Origin: Candidatus Aceula meridiana
GTDB lineage: Bacteria; Omnitrophota; Gorgyraeia; Zapsychrales; Aceulaceae
Assembly (NCBI GenBank): GCA_030765185.1
Contig: JAVCDE010000018.1
Coordinates: 2 to 64,001 of the forward strand
Length of the DNA: 64,000 bases
Direction: 5' to 3'
The translations under genes and the position numbers were made by a program. The notes under the pieces were generated by a model that searched no databases, was not told the DNA's origin, and saw nothing but the letters and a program-made list of their open reading frames with translations. Positions 61,101-64,000 of the stretch are shown here, piece after piece; the stretch's first letter is position 1; each line of letters begins with the position of its first letter.

Positions 61101-61268
61101 ATAAGTTGTAATCGTAAGGACATCAAGGTCAACAAGAGGAAAAGCATCTCTCTGCAGGCTCATCATGGAAAAAATTCCTGCAAAAATAATAAAAAATGAA
61201 AGCAAATTAATAAGCAATGAATTCTTAACTGAAAGTTCTGCTAGCTTCATTAGATCCCCTCCTGCCAA
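58104..61268 (-). CDS. RND-family efflux transporter permease (AcrB/HAE1-like)
   Basis: 1054 aa, 12 TM helices and two large periplasmic loops. Conserved N-terminal LINLLSFFIIFAGIFSMMSLQRDAFPLVDLDVLTITTYYPGAPAEDVE. Confidence 0.9.
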   Translation of the reverse strand: MAGGDLMKLAELSVKNSLLINLLSFFIIFAGIFSMMSLQRDAFPLVDLDVLTITTYYPGAPAEDVEKLVTIPIEKEIKGLSGIKQMNSSSEEGLSSIGITIDPQASDKRQVVDDIKRAVDRVSNLPAEIKDDPYVYELRSKDRPVIEISLSGDILEKQRRQYAESLEDQILDIKGVASISRIGWRDPEFWVEVDPVKLNEYHISLQEIMTALNRRNVTLPGGLLTTDDVEYNIRVTGDFKTADQIAEVIIRANDMGNHLCVKDVSKVYDTFEDETRIALINGQRALGMVVVKSEAADVIRVVSRVRKVVESFQKTLPDNVKITITNDFSYYVQRRLNVLRNNGMLGFALVLLVLFLFLDPIPAVMTALGIPIALFSTFIVMNILGISINLVSMLGLIIVLGMLVDDGIIVSENVYRYVEGGMPAREAAIRGTSEVIAPVTATILTTIAAFAPLMFMKDIMGKFIKQIPIVVMVALVASLLEAFIILPAHLSGLLEKFKHHNSHQNKEGIVKKKEKKWFKNLVAFYTRILNGALDRRYIVLTGLVITFIVVCMSAAMYMKIILFSGEGIEYFYVRAEAVQGTPLEKMNELLNPVEKLIGTLPKGEVDSYRTYIGSIEREGGWDENAKRGTHLAQITVFLTPMQERKRNPGQIVESLRPQLEKIQGFKKLYFYLAKEGPPTGRSVQVGIKGDDFSVSQKVADDFIKYLQGMEGISDADTSYQYGKKQLRIVVDEQKARQYYLDVSSIADTVRAVFKGGLATTVRPEKAEDEINVLVRFPDNDRRSFETFDKILVSNSKGALVPLKAVAQVVQEEGIYVISHLDGKRVIWVVASADGKKASSLSANLALQKQFKNVERDHLGYTVKYSGEYEDQQESTRNLMRSFLFAFFFIFIILTAIFKSLIQPFVVMLAIPFGLLGVIIAFFIHGRPLSFFALMGLVGLTGIVVNNAIVLVDFVNKLRKSGQPRRESLVQAGQIRLRPVLMTSITTIMGLVSVAYGIGGGDPFLKPMALAIIWGLFFATGLTLIIIPCIYAIIDDISEKILHHSTIRENGMPKA

Positions 61269-62752
61269 GATTCGGTTAACAGAATTCCCTCGCTCATACG
61301 TAGTTTAATCAGTGCAACTTGATAATTAAAAGCCGCTAAAGCCGCACTCTGGTGCGCAAGCGATGCTTCTCTCTGATAGCGGATAAGTGTATCGATATCG
61401 CTTCGCCCATAACTAAAAATCTTTTGAAGCTCAAAAAATTTCTTAGATTCCAACTGAGCGATTTCTTTTTGACCCTTTGCATTCTCACGCAGAATATTGC
61501 ACTCGCGAACTTGATCAACGATTTCAATCATAATTTTACGCTCTAAAAGCTTAAAGCTTAAAAGCGCTTGGGCTTTTTGATATTCGGCCTTTTTTAATTG
61601 CGCTTTTGCGCTTCTATTCTCCAAAGGAAAGCTAACACTTAAAGACGCTAAAAAGTCCGGATTATTTTCCTGTGTAATACTTGTAACCGATTGCTTAAAA
61701 TGCTCACCTAAACCGTTACGCGCCATTGACGCTTTTAGATTAATTTCAGGCCACGTATTATTTTTTTTCATGGAAAGATTGATATTCTTCATCTTAATCG
61801 TGTTTAACGCCTGTCTGTAGTCTCGTCTTTGGCTAAAGGCCTTCTTTAGAGATTCTTCCAACCTCTCATCCCCATCCTGAGTTAAGAACTCTTGGGATGG
61901 CAAGACCTCTGACATGTCATCAGAAATGTTTAATAGAAGCTTTAAGATGTTCTTTTTGGTTTGAAGACTATTTTTTGCGATAGAAGCATTAATGAGATTT
62001 TGCTTATAATTTGTCTCCGAGGCGATAAATTCAGGTTGCTCGACGAGGCCGTCTGCAATCTTTTCTTGGTTGGTATCATAAAGTTTCTTAGCTTGAGCCA
62101 AAACTTCTTTCTCAATCTTTAGAACTTCTTGAGCTAAAACAACGTCCCAATACGCCACCTGAACATCAAAAATAGATTTTTCAATCTTATCTAAAGAAAG
62201 ATATTCACTATTTTTAACATCAAGCTGAGTAATTTTGACATCCCCTCTGTCTTGAATACCAAAAAAGTTTTTACCAAGATTTTGTTCAACTGTTAAGCCT
62301 AGCGAAGAGTTGTGCGACGGGTTCATTATAACGGCTGTCGAGTCAGTCCACTGGCGGTTATTCGTTTGGTCAATGCTAACTGTTGTGCCAGTTGGAAGTT
62401 TTTTACTTAATCCAACATCATAGTCGTTGTTAACCGTTTTTCCAGCAGCCAAAGAAGACGCGCTCGTACTTTTATCTTTGCGGAAGCTAACTTCGGCATT
62501 AAGATAGGCGTCATAGATAGAAACAGCTTCTTGATTGCGTGTGCGGGCGATCTTGGCATCAAATTTGGCAAGTTGGATATCAAAATTATTTTCAAAGGCA
62601 AGCCTTGTGACTTCTTCTAAAGAAAGCCGGCGGGCTTCTGCGGTCGCTATGCTATTTTGAATAATGGTCTCGATATCAGTTTGGGCAGCAGCCAAAGCAG
62701 GATAACAAACCGCAGAAAAAATGAGAATATAAATTAGCCTTTTTTTCATCAT
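61250..62752 (-). CDS. TolC-like outer-membrane efflux protein (OEP family)
   Basis: Signal peptide. Two repeated OEP halves with coiled-coil helices. Overlaps both the marR and the RND genes. Confidence 0.8.
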   Translation of the reverse strand: MMKKRLIYILIFSAVCYPALAAAQTDIETIIQNSIATAEARRLSLEEVTRLAFENNFDIQLAKFDAKIARTRNQEAVSIYDAYLNAEVSFRKDKSTSASSLAAGKTVNNDYDVGLSKKLPTGTTVSIDQTNNRQWTDSTAVIMNPSHNSSLGLTVEQNLGKNFFGIQDRGDVKITQLDVKNSEYLSLDKIEKSIFDVQVAYWDVVLAQEVLKIEKEVLAQAKKLYDTNQEKIADGLVEQPEFIASETNYKQNLINASIAKNSLQTKKNILKLLLNISDDMSEVLPSQEFLTQDGDERLEESLKKAFSQRRDYRQALNTIKMKNINLSMKKNNTWPEINLKASMARNGLGEHFKQSVTSITQENNPDFLASLSVSFPLENRSAKAQLKKAEYQKAQALLSFKLLERKIMIEIVDQVRECNILRENAKGQKEIAQLESKKFFELQKIFSYGRSDIDTLIRYQREASLAHQSAALAAFNYQVALIKLRMSEGILLTESWQEGI

Positions 62753-63192
62753 TTAACTTCCTTCATCTTTTCATCAAATCCTTTAATAATCTTTTTTAAA
62801 AGTTGCACATAGGTCTGCTGATCTTTAACTGACAAAATACTGGCAATAACACCCCATCGCTGCATAAAGGCTCTTTGAAGATGGCCAGACACCTTCTTGC
62901 CTTTCAGTGTCAATGCAATTCGAACAACACGTCGGTCCTTGGTGTCGCGCTGTCTTTTTGCAAGCCCCGAGCGCTGCAACCTATCAACAATACCTGTCAC
63001 CGTCGGAGCTGAAACTTTCATCTGTGTACTTAGTTCGCCGACTGTCTTTTCTTTACGCTCGGATAAAATCATAATGGCAGCCATCTGGGCCGGCGGAACA
63101 TCGATTTTCTCCATTAGGCCTGAGTGTATTCTTTTTAAAAAAGCCGGCAAAATTTGAGAAATTTCTTTTGCGGGGTTTGCTTTTGGGCTCAC
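62749..63192 (-). CDS. MarR-family transcriptional regulator
   Basis: Winged HTH: MAAIMILSERKEKTVGELSTQMKVSAPTVTGIVDRLQRSGLAKRQRDTKDRRVVRIALTLKG. Confidence 0.85.
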   Translation of the reverse strand: MSPKANPAKEISQILPAFLKRIHSGLMEKIDVPPAQMAAIMILSERKEKTVGELSTQMKVSAPTVTGIVDRLQRSGLAKRQRDTKDRRVVRIALTLKGKKVSGHLQRAFMQRWGVIASILSVKDQQTYVQLLKKIIKGFDEKMKEVK

Positions 63193-63220
63193 TAAAAACT
63201 CCTTTTTTTGCTAATTATTT

Positions 63221-63245
63221 AGCTAGGCTAACTGTTAGCCTAGCT
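63221..63245. promoter_or_regulatory. Perfect 12-1-12 palindrome upstream of marR, a candidate MarR operator
   Basis: agctaggctaac t gttagcctagct, 29 nt upstream of the marR start codon. Confidence 0.5.
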
Positions 63246-63391
63246 AAAGTTTAGCATGGCAAACTAAAATGTCAAGAAAATATTTATTGAAATTTTTCAA
63301 AGAAGAAGTGACCCCGGAAATTTAAAAAATTTTATTGGGGTTCTTTCGGACACATAATTTATAGAGCTCTAGCGCTCCATAAGTTATGTCC

Positions 63392-63430
63392 TTATGAAAA
63401 ACCCCGCGTCATCAAAAGATGACACGGGGT
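63392..63430 (-). terminator. Rho-independent terminator downstream of the 5S rRNA
   Basis: Minus strand: accccgtgtcatc-tttt-gatgacgcggggt followed by ttttcat. Confidence 0.6.
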
Positions 63431-63436
63431 AAATTT

Positions 63437-63555
63437 AAGCCCAGCAACGTTCTACTCTCCCACGGCCTTGCGACCGCAGTACCATCGACCTAGAAGAGTT
63501 TAACGGCCGTGTTCGGAATGGGAACGGGTGTGGCCCCTTCAGTAATGTTACTGGA
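63437..63555 (-). rRNA. rrf: 5S ribosomal RNA
   Basis: The reverse complement reads gtccagtaac...ccacacccgttcccattccgaacacggccgttaaactc...gggagagtagaacgttgctgggc. Helix I pairing between the termini. The conserved CCGAAC and GAGAGUAG boxes are present. Confidence 0.85.
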
Positions 63556-63619
63556 CATATCCTAAAATATACAATTATGGCAAAGTCGGCAAAAATGAGC
63601 CGATTTTTATATGAAAAAA

Positions 63620-64000
63620 TGGCAAAAAAGGTCAAGCATTTGACAGATTAGTACTGCTTAGCTAAAACCCTCACAGGTCTTACACATGCAGCCTATCAAC
63701 CTTGTTGTCTACAAGGTGTCTTCATTCCCGAAGGAAAACGATACCTTATCTTGAGGGGGGCTTCGCACTTATATGCTTTCAGTGCTTATCCTTTCCGGAC
63801 GTGGCTACCCAGCTATTACCCTTGGCAGGATAACTGGAACACCAGAGGTCCGTCTCTCCTGGTCCTCTCGTACTAGGGAGAGATCCTCTTCAAGTATCGT
63901 GCGCCCACACCAGATAGAGACCGAACTGTCTCACGACGTTCTAAACCCAGCTCGTGTACCGTTTTAACCGGCGAACAGCCGGACCCTTGGGACCTTGTAC
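63620..64000 (-). rRNA. rrl: 23S ribosomal RNA, 3' part (continues beyond the window end)
   Basis: The reverse-complement orientation matches the conserved 23S 3' domain (gagaccgaactgtctcacgacgttctaaacccagctcgtgtacc; ctcctggtcctctcgtactagg). Confidence 0.9.

Noticed and set aside
63435-63967. ORFs 63435-63635 (-) and 63773-63967 (+) as protein-coding
   Set aside because: They lie inside the 5S and 23S rRNA genes and are spurious.

Overview
The window is low-GC bacterial DNA (visually about 35% GC), almost certainly from a diderm organism, since it encodes Wza-, TolC- and AcrB-type proteins. It is densely coding on both strands and contains five main blocks.

1. A complete Wzx/Wzy-dependent surface-polysaccharide locus spans roughly 0.5-20.8 kb. 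It encodes an outer-membrane beta-barrel, a Wza-type exporter, a Wzc-type co-polymerase/tyrosine kinase, a CpsB-type phosphatase, GalE, Wzx, Wzy, GT2 and GT4 glycosyltransferases, a CE4 deacetylase, a radical SAM/SPASM protein, a WaaL-like ligase and a WbaP-like initiating transferase. Two paralogous membrane-anchored proteins carrying CBM-like domains also sit in the locus.

2. Housekeeping and small genes follow: serS, two tandem DUF5684-like membrane proteins and several small secreted proteins.

3. A minus-strand operon centred on a 2578-aa secreted polymorphic toxin is the most interesting feature. The toxin has a Tc-toxin B/C-like architecture: an SpvB-like domain, an FG-GAP beta-propeller, RHS/YD repeats, the RHS-core autoproteolysis motif and a C-terminal hydrolase-like toxin domain. 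Just upstream lie an ORF6N (KilA-N-like) DNA-binding protein, a secreted Asp-box beta-propeller protein and a small Cys-containing secreted protein. Immediately downstream is a lipoprotein that is a candidate immunity protein, then a terminator.

4. A signalling cluster holds an XRE-cupin regulator, three REC-only response regulators, two 7TM-sensor histidine kinases (one with GAF) and an HD-GYP phosphodiesterase.

5. A string rsmD-coaD-yceD-rpmF-plsX-fabH-fabD is followed not by the usual fabG-acpP-fabF but by a non-canonical four-gene cassette. The cassette encodes a FabZ-like hot-dog protein with its catalytic His replaced, a KAS I/II, a CrtI-like FAD oxidoreductase and an acyl-reductase-like NAD_binding_4 protein. 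A conserved ~60-nt element precedes both operons. After these come recG and a marR-tolC-RND operon that lacks a periplasmic adaptor gene.

The window ends with a minus-strand 5S rRNA and the 3' part of a 23S rRNA, with a terminator hairpin and a perfect palindrome in front of marR. The first 208 bp hold a truncated tandem array of long direct repeats of unknown nature; it is CRISPR-like but atypical. Every assignment comes from reading motifs in the supplied translations and the DNA itself. No database search was possible.
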